64,000 bases of DNA, from positions 126,854,001 through 126,918,000 of the forward strand of contig CM059431.1 of assembly GCA_030390025.1 (NCBI GenBank), written 5' to 3'. Positions 12,690 to 25,609 of this stretch are shown piece after piece. Below the pieces are notes generated by a model. That model made no database searches. It saw only the letters and a program-made list of their open reading frames with translations, and was not told the DNA's origin. Origin of the DNA: Squalus acanthias. Lineage: Eukaryota. Numbering within the stretch: the stretch's first letter is position 1; the number at the start of each line of letters is the position of its first letter. The translations under genes were made by a program, and so were the position numbers.

Positions 12690-14315
12690 CTGGTTCACCA
12701 ATGTGCCTCATTGTAGCTGTTCTGTTGCAAGCCTCACACCTACATCTCACAGCTTGCACACACTGCCAGCTATTCAACCATGACAGCCACATTACCCAAA
12801 CATACCGCAGGACACTCACTGACACACGTCCCTCTCTCGTGCAGGAAAAGGTGGCACACAACCTGAGGCAGCAGGAAATAACCGGAGGGGGAGAGGCACA
12901 CCTGTAGAACCCCCATGGATGAGACGGTGCTGGCTCTTATGGGAAGGGCCATTGCTGAGACCATGGATGCCTGTGAAGCTGAATGCATTGAAGGTGACGC
13001 TATCTTCCAACCTAATCCTCCTTCTCACATCCCACTTCTCCCTCAATCCTAACTCTCTTCTAACTTACAAGCTGCAGATGGTTTAAGCATGCACTTTTTA
13101 CTTTTGCCTCTCCCCTCACCACAAACCAACTCTTGTCCCTTTTCATTTCAGATACCCAAGACCTGCAACCTGCCCAGGCAGTGGTGGAAGAGCAGGAAGA
13201 CTGTGATGTTGAAGGCACACCTTCACTCGATTTTACACTTGCAGCTACTGAAACTGCACACATTTTAGGGGATAACATAGAGGCAGGATCTGAAAGTGGT
13301 GAGACACTGGGCCCAATTGCACTGCAGCCGGGGCCTCAATGACCTCCCTTATGCAACAGTGCACTGTGAGATGTTGCTAATATCTCCAGCAGTAGCCCGG
13401 AAGGAGCCAGACACATAAATGTTCATAGCCACAGTCACCTTCACAGCCACTGGCAATGCGGTCCTTGCCTTGCTCTGAGATTGGAGTTGTGGCTGCAGCA
13501 GTTGGCAGATTTCATTGATGACCTCCTTAGTGAAGCGCAGACGTCTCAAACATTGGTCGTCGCTGAGGTTCAGGTATGTACTCTCTGAAAACCCTGGGTG
13601 GATATGGCCTCCTGCTTAGAGCCCTTCTCCACCCCCCTCTTCTAGCAGTTTGTCCTGCTCTGCGTGGCCTCTGTTCATTCTCCCATTCCAAGAGGAAGGC
13701 CTACTAGTGCACCCATGTCTGGAGCAATTGATTTGTGCAGAAGTCTTGAAGTCAGCAAAAAGTACTTCAGCACCTGTAGACTTTTGAAACTTGAAACAAC
13801 TATGGAAAGCTCCAAAAATGTGTAGAATTGTAGCAATAACCAGAAGAAATGAATGCACAACTAATTTATAAGTAGTTGATGATCCCTTTAATTAGAAAGA
13901 AAGACTTGCATTTATATAGCGCTTTTCATGACCACCAGACGTCTCAAAGCGCTTTACAGCCAATGAAGTACATTTTGAAGTGGAGTTGCTGTTGTAATGT
14001 GGGAAATTAGTGCTGGAAGGTGTCCTTCATGCTGCTTAACATTGTGTTCAGCTCTGCGAGGTTAAGAGAGGGAGTTGTCTGGAGCGTGGAGCTCCAAAAT
14101 AGCAGTGCTGGCATCAAATCAGGGATGCATGCTGATTGACGTCATGATCTACCTGCTCTGCATACTTCCGGCAGACGTTAGCTGTGCCAATATAGCATCC
14201 GGCGCACTTCACGTCAAAAGTGTGTGCGCGTGGCGCGGACGCTATATTGAAACCTTAAGAGGCCTCGTAGCGCCCAAACAACATTTGCTACCGAGCCCAA
14301 ATTCACACACCCCCT
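12690..14315. mobile_element. Internally deleted Harbinger: Myb/SANT exons 2-3 (+, ~12845-13330) joined to transposase N-terminus (-, ~13330-13700)
   Basis: TGCAG|EKVAHNLRQQEITGGG exon; minus-strand RRLRFTKEVINEICQLLQPQL..ALPVAVKVTVAMNIYVSGSF (HARBI1-like); end AAATTCACACACCCCC followed by TAA. Confidence 0.8.
13895..14004 (-). mobile_element. SINE 3' tail (L2-tailed Deu/SacSINE1-like)
   Basis: AAAGACTTGCATTTATATAGCGC..CAAAGCGCTTTACAGCCAATGAAGTAC; AATTAG direct repeats on both flanks. Confidence 0.75.
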
Positions 14316-14894
14316 AAATCCTGGACAACATCAGTGGGAACATTTGTGAAAGGTGATCCCATTGTGCTTATTATTTTAATGGTGAAGCTTCAGCTGCAGC
14401 CATGGCGAATGTTATCAGTGACAGACTGCAGTGCAGACAATCATTCCGGCCTATAGTGTTGCAGAACACATCTATGTGCTGGATTTCCCCCACACAAAAC
14501 ACACCATGTTAGAGCGGGGTAGGTTTTCAACTTGCCGCATGAGCATAAAACTCAGCGTTGCAAATCGGCCGCCCGTTATAGAAACCACCTGATTCTCATT
14601 CCTATTGATTTCAATGAAAATGAAAATTGAGCAGTTTCTATAATGGACGGCCAATCCGCAAAGTTCGGTTTACACCCAGGCAGTCATTGAAAATCTACTC
14701 CAGCGTCTCTAGAGAAGGAGTCAAGTAACTCCTGAAGATGTTTCTACTGTTGTACCACTCTCCACTTGAGAGCAGACAAATTAAGCTCTGTATCCTGATG
14801 AAACTCAGCACAGCCTGTCACTGTGCTGCCTTTCTGTCCTTTATCAGTGAGATTTTCTTCAGCCATCTGTACTTCTCTTCCTAACCACTGCTTC

Positions 14895-16031
14895 ACATAA
14901 TAGACTGATGAACAAGGTCAGAGAATGCGGAGTCAGGGGACAAGTAACAGAATGGATTGCTAGCTGGCTTCAGGACAGAAAGCAGAGAGTAGTAGTAAAG
15001 GGTAGCTATTCACAGTGGCAGAAGGTGGGTAGTGGTGTTCCACAAGGCTCAGTGCTGGGACCACTGCTGTTCACAATTTACATTAACGATTTAGACTTTG
15101 GAATCAAAAACACAATTTCTAAATTTGCGGATGACACCAAATTGGGGGGATAGTTAATACTGAGGAGGACTGCAACAAATTACAGGAGGACATTAATAAA
15201 CTTGCAGAATGGGCATATAATTGGCAAATGAAGTTCAACACAGATAAATGTGAGGTATTACATTTTGGTAGGAAGAATAGGGAGGTCACTTATCACTTGG
15301 AGGGTGCGAGTCTAGGTGGGGTAGAGGAACAAAGGGATCTCGGAGTACAAATACACAAATCGCTAAAAGTTACGACACAGGTTAGCAAGGCCATAAAAAA
15401 AAACAAGCACTAGGGTTTAGTTCTAGAGGTATAGGATTGAAAAGTAGTGAAATTATGCTAAACCTGTATCGAACCTTGGTTAGACCACACTTACAGTACG
15501 GCGTACAGTTCTGGTCGCAATATTATAAGATGGATATAGAGGCACTGGAGAGGGTACAGAGAAGGTTTGCAAGGGTGATACCAGAAATGCAAGGGTATAC
15601 ACATCAGGGAAGGATGAACAGGCTGGGTCTTTTTTCTCTTGAAAAAAGGCTGAGGGGTGACCTAATAGAGGTCTTAAAAATTTTGATAGAATTGATACAG
15701 AGAGAATATTTCCATTGTGGGGAAGAGCATAACTAGAGACCATCAATATAAGATAGTCACCAAGAAATCCAATAGGGAATTCAGAAGAAACTTCTTTACC
15801 CAAAGAGTGGTGAGAATGTGGAACTCGCTGCCTCAGGGAGTGGTTGAAGTACAGATGCATTTAAGAGGAGGCTAGACAAGCATATGTGGGAGAAGGGAAT
15901 AGAGGGTTATGCTGATAGTTTTAGATAAGGAAAGACGGGTGGAGCATAAACGCTGGCATGGACTGGTTGGGCCGAATGGCCTCTTTCTGTGCCGCATATC
16001 CTATGTAATCCTATGTAATTCTATGATTCTG
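14895..16031 (+). mobile_element. CR1 LINE 3' part (RT C-terminal half plus tail)
   Basis: [44 protein letters not shown] repeated tail. Confidence 0.95.
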
Positions 16032-16369
16032 TGACTCCTCCTAAACCTCACTACCCAAATCTCCCATTGTCTGGATATCTGGGCCTTTGCTTGTTTCAAG
16101 CGGTGCAGCTGACACTTGCTTGCCATCTGTGTGTTACTGCTGTGATGGTCTGGCTTGACAGTCACCCATAAAAGTGCTACTTTGCTGTAAAGTATTTTAT
16201 GCTACACTTGTGCACAATTAATCTTCGTGGACAGGTAAATGCAACATATCTTTTCCATCGTAGATGTTGTGAATGAAATAATATATCATTTGAGCTCTGC
16301 ACTCTCTTCCAGCATCAGCATCCCCATACCTGTTCATGCCTATCAAAACTCTCACTTGTCTTTTTTATC

Positions 16370-16812
16370 ATACATTCATGGGATGTGGGCGTCGCTGACA
16401 AGGCCAGCATTTATTGTCCATTCCTAATTGCCCTTCAGAAGGTGGTGGTGAGCTGCCTTCTTGAACCACTGCAATCCGTGCGGTGAAGGTTAGGGAGGGA
16501 GTTCCAGGATTTTGACCCAGCGACGGTGAACGAACGGCGATATATTTCCAAGGCAGGATGGTGTGTAACTTGGAGGGGAACTTGCAAGTGGTGGTGTTCC
16601 CATACGCCTGCTGCCTTGTCCTTCTAGGTGCTAGAGGTCGCAGGTTTGGGAGGTGGTGTCGAAGAAGCCTTGGCGAATTGCTGCAGTGCATCTTGTAGAT
16701 GGTACACACTGCAGCCACGGTGCACCGGTGGTGGAGGGAGTGAATGTTTAAGGTGGTGGATGGGGTGCCAATCAAGTGGGCTGCTTTGTCCTGGATGGTG
16801 TCGAGCTTCTCA
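16370..16812 (-). mobile_element. Non-LTR retrotransposon 3' fragment (RT C-terminus, clade uncertain)
   Basis: LDTIQDKAAHLI..SLHHRCTVAAVCTIYKMH motif, followed by AATAAA and a short tail. Confidence 0.75.
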
Positions 16813-17789
16813 TACACTATCTTTCAAAAACAGAGAATGTATAATTTAAACATAAAGACAAACGGTGCAAAAATAACTGTAAAAGCGCCTTGCAGCACAT
16901 TTTCTCTGATGTCATTTTAGGTGCAATAAAATTTACATAACCCTGCTAGCTCTACTTGTAACCCAAGACTTGTTACTTATTGCTAATAGTGTTCTCTTTA
17001 GATAAACATCTTCAGCCCATTTCAAATTCTTCCAAATTCACATTAGTCTTCACTATTTAGTTTGGTGCTTTTTTTCCAAGTCGTGCAGCAAACTTTCTGC
17101 TATGTCTTTTTGACTGCTCAAAGCAGCCTTTCCCCTAAGCATGACGTTGTCTCTTCCTTATTGGATTATCTTTCCTAAATAAGTTAACTTGACTTGTATC
17201 ACTCCTTGAGCGAGAATTTTTCAGGACCTTATTGGTGTAATGAGCTTTTCTCCGCTCTCATCAGAGCTCAGTCTTTGCCCCTGGTTATGCATTCCACAGC
17301 TGTATCTGCAAATGTAAGAACGCTTACAAGGGTAAATTTAGTGGGGGGAGGCTCCCAGCACAGAGCATTGCTCAGCAGGAGCATGGTTAAGGCAAACAGG
17401 TGCTGAGATCAGTATGTCCCTTTCGCAGTGTTCTCGATTTTCTGGTGATTCATTTTAATGCCTGTAAAATCAAAACTGCCGCAAACTATATTTCCTGACC
17501 TCTGTGCCTGATTCTCCAATCCTCTCTCGTGCCTCGCACACCTAGCGGAGCTTCACTAAGTTCACCCTCTGCTGTTTAATCAGCTTGCTCACTGCTTATC
17601 AATTGTCCAAATGTCATTATTGCTGGTGAAACATGAATGGTTGAATAACTTCACCGCAACTTTTTAATTTGTTCTTGCAAGTTTTGTATCATTCATAATA
17701 ACGTTTTCCTACAAGTTTATTACTAAGCCGTGAAAAAAAATCTCAGATGTTTTCAATAAAAAGCAATTTTCCCCACATAAACGTTAACA

Positions 17790-18660
17790 TTTACTCTTCT
17801 GTCTATCACGACAGCCATACATGATCGATATCAACGATTTGTGACCTAGAAATTGTTCCTTTACATACCACTGTGGAAACATACTGCTCAAGGTCTGATC
17901 TCTATATTAATTCTGACTAATCCAAAATTGTTTGAATTTATGAGATTTTCCTTTTTCTTTACTTTCGAGAGAATTGCGATTTTGTCTGGGAATTTTAGAA
18001 AATGGTGAAAGTACTTGTGGCAATTGGATTGACACGAAGCTGCCAATATCATTTGATGGGCCATATCTACCGATAAGAAACTTTTGCCGTGTGTGATAGG
18101 TATTACTGTCTGTAGGAATACCATAGTCAGCTTCTCAACCTTCTGCCCCTTCCATAAATCCATTGAATCAAAGAGTTTATTGCATCCTGACCTATTTTCA
18201 TACTCTCTGCAGTACACCTTCAATTTTATATTTTTAGCCATGAGGTGGCCAACCCTTTTCATTTGTCTCGAAATATTTTGCTGGTTTTCAAATATATGAT
18301 CCTCAACAGATACAACCTTTGATGTCAGGAGCTGAAACTATTCAGCAGTGAGGCCTCTGCATTCAGTGACTATACTTGATACTTTGGACATAAACTGCGT
18401 TCATCGCTGTTCTCATACGGATCTATACTTCTCTTGTATCTCTTGCACTATTTTAATGCAGAGGTTAACCCATTTATTTTAAAGAGGTTAGCAGAGCTGG
18501 AAACTATTACTTTGGTACAAGACCAGTAAGCTTTTATACATCAAAAGTGGCAACTCTTACAACTCTTAATTTTGTCAAGTATTGATTTGCTTTTCCCGTC
18601 CATTTTGAATTGGAAAACTTTTTTTTGCAGAGGTTCAGATTAGAAGCTATTGCTTTCCTC
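17790..18660 (-). pseudogene. Ancient L1-clade ORF1 remnant (coiled coil plus RRM/CTD)
   Basis: YENRSGCNKL..FLQTVIP..SVDMAHQ..FLKFPDKIAILSKVKKK parallels the L1 ORF1p pattern ENRSRRNN..IDRAHR..F..F.DK..IL; upstream coiled-coil-like frame contains stops. Confidence 0.55.
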
Positions 18661-21159
18661 CTGGCCATTGATTTGGATTTGTGAAATCTTATACTGCTGT
18701 TCTGGTGCTTACAGTGAAATGGGGACTGAGATAAAAATAAACTTAAGTAAAAAGGACTGCTGAGAGAAAGCTGTGTAGAGTAAAATTAGAACATTTTTTA
18801 AAGTGTGAAATGAGGAAGAAAAAAGTATAAGCTAAATATATAGTCTCCAAAACAGACAAAAAGAAAAATACTCAAATTGCAATTGTGTGATTCGACCTGA
18901 TTTTAACTCCAGGTGAATTCCCCGCTCAGGCCCGAGTTAAAATTACAGTCGGGTCTCAATGATGTTATCAGGCCACAACATGCATATGTAAAGAAGGACC
19001 CTGTTGACTCCGGTGGCGTGTCCTTGCTGCCTGCTTAGAACAGCAGGTTAAAATTGCAGATGTTGCGATCATGGCGACTTTCGGACAGGTAAGGGCCAAG
19101 GTGATTTTAATTGCCCACCCGCCAGGTTTGTGCTGAACAAGTAGGGTTAATATCATCCCTATGTTCTCTGGATTAGTAGTCCAGGCCTCTGGATTACTAA
19201 TACAAAAGCAAAATACCGCGGATGCTGGAAATCTGAAATAAAAACAGAAAATGCTGGAAGTACTCAGCAGGTCAGGCAGCATCTGTAGAGACAGAAACAG
19301 AGTTAACGTTTCAGGTCGAAGACCCACTACCGAACATCAAGCCATCGTTTCCAAGACTGTCACTGACCACATCTCCTCTGGAGATCTTCCTTCCACGGCC
19401 ACCAACCTCATAGTTCCCCAACCCGGCACAGCCCGCTTCTACCTCCTTCCCAAGATCCACAAACAGGACTGCCCTGGTAGACCCATTGTTTCAGCCTGTT
19501 CTTGCCTCATGGAACTTATCTCTTCCTATCTCAACTCTATTTTTTCTCCCCTTGTCCAGTCTCTTCCCACCTACATCCGTGACTCTTCCGACGCCCTCCG
19601 TCACTTTAACAATTTCCAGTTTCCCGGCCCCAACCATCTCCTTTTCACTATGGACGTCTAATCCCTCTACACGTCCATCCCCCACCTGGATGACCTGAGG
19701 GCGCTCCGCTTCTTCCTTGAACAGAGGCCCAACCAGTCCCCTTCCACCACCACCCTCCTTCACCTGGCTGAACTTGTTCTCACATTGAACAACTTCTCCT
19801 TTGACTCTACTTACTTCCTCCAAATTAAAGGCATTGCTATGGGTACCCGCATGGGTCCTAGCTATGCCTGCCTTTTCGTGGGATATGTGGAACATTCTTT
19901 GTTCCAGTCCTACTCGGGTCACTTCACTCACCTCTTTTTCCGGTACATTGATGACTGTATCAGTGCCGTTTCCTGCTCTCGCCCTGAACTAGAAAATTTA
20001 ATTCACATTGCTTCCAATTTCCACCCTTCCCTCACCTTCACATGGTTCATCTCCGACTCTTCCCTTCCCTTCCTTGACTTCTCTGTCTCCATCTCTGGGG
20101 ATAGGCTATCGATCAACATCCACTATCAGCCCACTGACTCCCACAGCTACCTGGGCTACACTTCCTCCCACCTGGCTTCCTGTAAGGACTCTATTCCATT
20201 CTCCCAGTTTCATCGTCTCCACCGCATCTGCTCTGACAATGCCACCTTCCATACTAGTGCTTCCGATATGTCCTCTTTTTTCCTCAAACGAAGATTCCCT
20301 CTACCGTGGTTGACACGGCCCTTGACCGTGTCTGTTCTATTTCCTGCACTTCTGCTGTCACCCCTTCCCCTCCCTCCCGGAACCACGATAGAGTTCCCCT
20401 TGTCCTCACCTTTCCCCCCACCAGCCTCCACATTCAACAGATCATCCTCCGCCATTTCCGCCACCTCCAGCTTGATCCCACCACCAAGTACATCTTCCCC
20501 TCACCTCCCCTTTCAGCATTCCGAAGGGACCACTCCCTCTGCAACACCCTGGTCCACTCTATCACCCCCAACACCCCTTCCCCTTCCCAGGTCACCTCCC
20601 TGTGCAAGCGCAGGAGATGCAACACCTGCCCATTTACCTCCTCCCTTCCCACTGTCCAGGGCCCCAAACATTCCTTCCAGATGAAACAGCGATTTACTTG
20701 TACTTACTGCAATTCAGTATACTGTATTCGCTGCTCATGATGTAGGCTCCTCTACATTGGGGAGACCAAACGCAGATTGGGTGACTGCTTTGCGGAACAC
20801 CTCCATTCAGTCCGTAAGGGTGACCCTGAGCTTCCGGTCGCTTGTCACTTTAATTCTCTGCTCCACTCCCACTCTGACCTCTCTGTCCTCGGCCTCTTGC
20901 ACAGTTCCAATGAAGCTCAACGTAAGCTCAAGGAACAGCACCTCATATTCGATTAAGCACTTTACAGCCTTCTGGATTCAAGATTGAGTTCAACATTTTC
21001 AGACCATAACCTCGGCCCCAATTTTTTTTCTTCTCTCTCACATGGCAGCTGTTGATGATTCTGCCATTGCCATTTACATTTCATCTAGAGTCATCTTTTG
21101 TTTCTTAACTGTCCCATTACCATTTCCTTTTGCCTTGCACCATCATCCCTTTTGCCTTT

Positions 21160-22002
21160 GAGGGCACGATCTTGCCAGCCCTGGGGAGGCGGGTATGGAG
21201 GCGGGACTGTCGGGAAAATGGCAGAATTTGGGGGCGGGTGCCCAACCTGCCCCCAACCCGCCTCCATGCCATCTTCCTAGTAGGCGGGTAGCCGTCCCGC
21301 GCTGGGTCCCATCTCCTTGGAGGCGGGAAGGGATTAAAGCCTATTAACTGTATGTTAACAGGTAGTTAACAGGCAGAAACTAGGATTATCCCCTTTTTGC
21401 CCTTACATGTGCGGGCTTCCCGAAGGCTCCGAAACCCGCCAGCTCAGCGAGGCGAGTACTGGGTCTGCGGGGGTCGGGGGGGGGGGTGCAAAAGTGTGGT
21501 GTGAAGGTCAGTGATGGGTGCAACAGTGGCGCGGTGAGTATCTGAGGTAAGTGCAAGGTGTTATTAAAAGTGTACTTACCTTTGTTTCTTCCTGTAGGCG
21601 TCAGTCGGTGTCTATGCGGAGAGTCTCGTACCCCCGCGTTGGAGATGACAGATGGCCGTTGCAATCTCGGATGCAACAACCATCTCATTTCTGCAAAAGA
21701 AAGATGTTTGATGAGGTCTTGAATTCAAGACCACATCAAACTACAGAGAATGTCAGTGTTTGACAGCTTCACAGAGCTGTCAAACGATGACAATTCATGT
21801 GTCAAAAGTTTTTGACAGATGAAACGTCATACGTTGACGTTCTCTGCAACCGCCTTTTCCTTAATTGGCCTGCTAAGCCTGCTGGGTGGGTTTAACAAGG
21901 TCAATCAAGGGAAAATAGCGTGGGTTGGCCAGAAGTTGTTGGAGGTGGGACTGAAACCCGACAAGTGGGAGTCCCGCCTCCAAAAGCTCCCCAAATCACC
22001 CC
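21160..22002 (-). mobile_element. Harbinger-type MITE (family A) inserted in the Penelope pLTR
   Basis: Reverse-complement homologue of 11675-12484; pLTR resumes after it (compare uninterrupted 52080-52140). Confidence 0.85.
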
Positions 22003-22115
22003 TTTAATCTCTCCTGCCTTCCATCCTATCACAGACCTTCTTTGTTCTTTCCTTATCTCATCCCTTTCCCTGCGCCTACACTTGCTTAAAACCTGTTACA
22101 TCTCCAACTTTTTCC

Positions 22116-22152
22116 AGTTCTGACGAAGGGTCACCGACCTGAAACGTTAACT
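22116..22152 (+). ncRNA. Minimal type I hammerhead ribozyme motif in the Penelope pLTR
   Basis: AGTT-CTGACGA-A-GGGTC ACC GACCT-GAA-ACGT-T-AACT: stem I, CUGANGA core, stem II, GAAA, palindromic stem III. Confidence 0.75.
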
Positions 22153-23352
22153 CTGTTTCTCTCACTACAGATGCTGCCTGACCTGCTGAGTATTTCCAGC
22201 ATTTTCTGTTTTTACTTCTGGATTACTAGTTCACTACATGACCATACCCTGAGTACTGGCTATAGAAATGCTAGATTCTGTAGGATTGAAAGCAATGAAA
22301 CTTAAAAAGGGGGAACCAATTTAATCCAGAGAGCCTTGCATCTAATACCTTGTAATAATCAGTATAGATTTAGGAGGTGGAAGGTCCTTCTTGACAAATG
22401 TCCTCAACTTCTATGAGGAAATCACAAGGGCACAGGGGAATGCGAGAAGCTGGATACCTCTTTCAGTTAACTGCCATAGTGCAAAGGGCCAAATGGACTC
22501 CTTCTGTGCTACTTGAGCTCATAATCCAGGCTAACACTTCAGTGCAGTACTGAGTGAGCGCTGGGCACACACTGGGCAGGCCGACCCAACTGGTAGCAAG
22601 GTAGGTCTGGGAGTGGGGGCGGTCCAGTCATGGGGAAGGGAGCCTAAGCTGGCAGCGGCCCACAATATTCTGGTAGACCACTGTTGCTCGTCCTAACCCC
22701 ACCTCCCAAAAAATTTTAAACTTACCATTTGTGGTCCTCTTTGCTTGATAAAACAGGGGGTTGTCTGCACGGTGCCCCCTCTGCCCAGTTGTCTCCCAAA
22801 ATGGTAAACAGGACTGTTATTCTACCCCAATTTGCATATTAAAGGAGCCTACTGTTGAAACCATTAGTAGTGGTAGGCCCCTTTCAGGATGCTGTCTGCC
22901 GGATCAGAAGTAGGAATGATTTTCACCACAGGTTTTGGAGTGATAACGTTCAGGTCCCACCTGGCAAAGCCAATGAGAATCTTCCACCAATAGATCTAAA
23001 TTATTGAAAAGTAAATTTAAAACAAATATTAGAAAAAAATACTTCTTTCTTCAAAGGGTAATACATTTTTCCATATCTACCAGGTAAGGAAGAGCATTCT
23101 TGACAGATCGGAATTGCCGGTTTTCAGCGCATGCGCTTCGCATGCCTGAAACCAGCATTTCCGATGTCCCTACGGGTGTGTACACAGCGCGTACACATCC
23201 GTAGGCATCGGAAAATATGGGCCATTATATTTTTTTTAATTGCTGATAGATTTGTGAAAAAAAGCTAAGTTGTGATCTCAATGTCGACCAGGTCACGAAC
23301 TATATACACTGATTTACTTAATTATTTTCTTCAAATAAATAAACAATATGTT

Positions 23353-24737
23353 CAAAAGCAAAATACAGCGGATGCTGGAAATCTGAAATAAAAACAGAAA
23401 ATGCCGGAAATACTCAGCAGGTCACGCAGCATCTGTGGAGAGAGAAACAGAGTTAACATTGCAGATCAATGAGTTCTGCCGAAAGTCTTCGACCTGAAAC
23501 TTTGGGGAGAATTTGAACCTAAAAAGACGGGTGAGTTGGGGTCGTGTGGGAAGTTAAAGTGTTAAAAATATGGACCCTGACCTGAACCCGCCTACTTCCG
23601 GTTTTAACGGAGGCGGAACGGGGGAGGGCAACCAATCCGCTGCCAGGAGGCGGGTTGTCTATTTAAATATTATAATGGCAGCCTCTGCTTTAATCTCCAT
23701 TTTGAATTTAACTCTAGCTGCTCGTGTTTTGCAGGCCTCGTGAAATCCGCCAGCTACAGCAAGGCGAGGACTGCTGGATCCAGGAGATAAGTGCATTTAC
23801 ACTTCCCTCCTGGATCCAGTGTCCCTGCCTAACCCACCTCCCATGATCGGAGACCCCCACGAGGCCATCGACCCCCTCCCAGGCCTTTGATCCCCTCCCC
23901 AGGTCTCCAATTGCCCCCCGCCCCCCCAGGCTTCCGATCCCCGCCACAAGGCCTCACCATCACCATGTTCCTCCGACCTTCCGATGTCATCTGCTTCCCC
24001 CTCCCCCTGCTCCTCCTTCCATTCCCCTGATCCTTGGGCCGCCGATATTTGCTGTCCACCCCATCCCACTCCTCCGGCCGTCCCGGTGTTTCTGCTGGCC
24101 CCGATTTCTTCAGACACCCCCCTTTCCCCTCAGTGGTCCTGGCCCCTGATCACTTCAGATGGCCTCGCCCCCTGTGATGGTCCCAGCCCCCAATCTCTAC
24201 AGATTCCCTCCCCCCCCGGTGCTTGTGCCAGCCCCCGATCTCTTCAGACGGCCCTCCCCCACCTCCATGATGGTCCCGGCCCCCGATCTCTTCAAACCCC
24301 CCACCCCCGTGCTAGTCCTGGCCCCCGATCTCTTCAGACCACCCCCCCCTCCCCATGATGGTCCCGGTTTCCGATCTCATCAGACCCCCCATACTAGTCC
24401 CGGGCCCCGATCGCTTCCGCCACCCCGCTACCCCACTCCTTCCATGCAATCCCTCCCTCCCTCCTCTCTGCAGCCTAGTGCTGCAGGCCTACCTGCCCGG
24501 AGCCAGCCAGGCTCTCAATCTGGCTGGCTGCAGGTGGGAAACAGAGGTTTTGCATGCAAATCAGGCCCAGCCGTTAAATTCGGCAGGACCTGCGGGAAAC
24601 CCGTTCTACCGGGTTTCCCGACCGCTTCGGAGCGTGCCCCCCCCCCCCGATCCCAACCTGCCTTCCCCCATTAAAATTCAACCCATTAACTCTATTTCTC
24701 TCTCCACTGATGCTGCCTGACCAGCTGAGTATTTCAG
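23353..24737. mobile_element. Fold-back Penelope pLTR-only element interrupted by a MITE
   Basis: 23353-23470 is a reverse-orientation pLTR end; 23472-23503 plus 24685-24737 is the forward pLTR end with a degenerate hammerhead. Confidence 0.8.
23504..24684 (+). mobile_element. Harbinger-type MITE (family D) with C-rich internal repeats
   Basis: TIRs GGGGAGAATTTGAA / TTAAAATTCAACCC; 3-bp TSD TTT/ATT; CCCCGATCTCTTCAGA repeats at ~24150-24420. Confidence 0.8.
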
Positions 24738-25609
24738 AAAATGTATTCATCTGAGTAAACATTTATAGATTATTAGCCATCTTTTTCATGAAGGAGCATG
24801 CTTTTGTCATTGGGTTCCCAGAACTACAATTATAGTGATTTGATACAACTCTGAACCACAATTCATAATTATTTAGAAACAAGTTTTAACCACAATTCAC
24901 TCCACTATGATCCAGAATGTCAGTCCTACAGTAGCATCTTTAAATAACACCTCAAATTTAAATTCTCATCCTTCTATTCAAAACCCTTTATGGCCTCCAC
25001 TCCCTATGTCTAACGTCCTCCAGCCCTGCAACCTGTAAGTTGCCCTATTTGTGTATACATATATACGTAGGATTAGGATGTGGTTTAATCTCAGATGATT
25101 TAGGTTTTTGCTTTCTGTTAACTTGTGGATTTGTACCGATTAAGCTGTTCATTCCCAGGATGCTTCAGGGTTTAACGTATCACTTCATAATTTAGCTGAG
25201 TGTGCTGTTTGTTTCCTGCTGAAGTACGTGATTCACACCTGGTTGACTAAACGTTGTCAATACATCATAAAATGAGATAGCCAAGATAGTCTTGATGTAG
25301 GAAACAGAACGATGGGCTCAAGATGTTTAGTTACATGCTTAATGGTAAACAAGTTAGCATCTGGTGTTTTGTCAGGAACAACCTAATTTCTGGGGTCTTG
25401 TTTAAAACAAACTCTTGTCAGGCCATCGTGAATCATCAAAGGTACAAGGACTGTATGCTAGTCTAGAGGCTTGTAAAGATCTTGAACTTTTCTTCACGAT
25501 TTGTAGAGAGAGACAAGAACGAAAGGTTCGATGATGTTTACGTCTCTACCCAAAGGAAAAACAAAGTAATTGCGTAGATTTCTCTGTATGGCTACTACTT
25601 AGAGACGAT

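Larger units (their letters stand above)
19200..22216 (+). mobile_element. Penelope-like retroelement: inverted 5' pseudo-LTR, disrupted RT plus GIY-YIG ORF, 3' pseudo-LTR
   Basis: ARFYLLPKIHK..GRPIVS, GIAMGTRMGPSYACLF, FFRYIDD, C..C..C, VYCIRCS..LYIGETK..FAEH..PVACHFN; 19200-19325 is the reverse complement of the 3' pLTR; 12-bp TSD TCTGGATTACTA at 19188-19199 and 22217-22228. Confidence 0.95.

Noticed and set aside
17888..18262. 124-aa ORF as a host exon or Gypsy integrase
   Set aside because: Motif order fits L1 ORF1p better, and the flanking frame has stops
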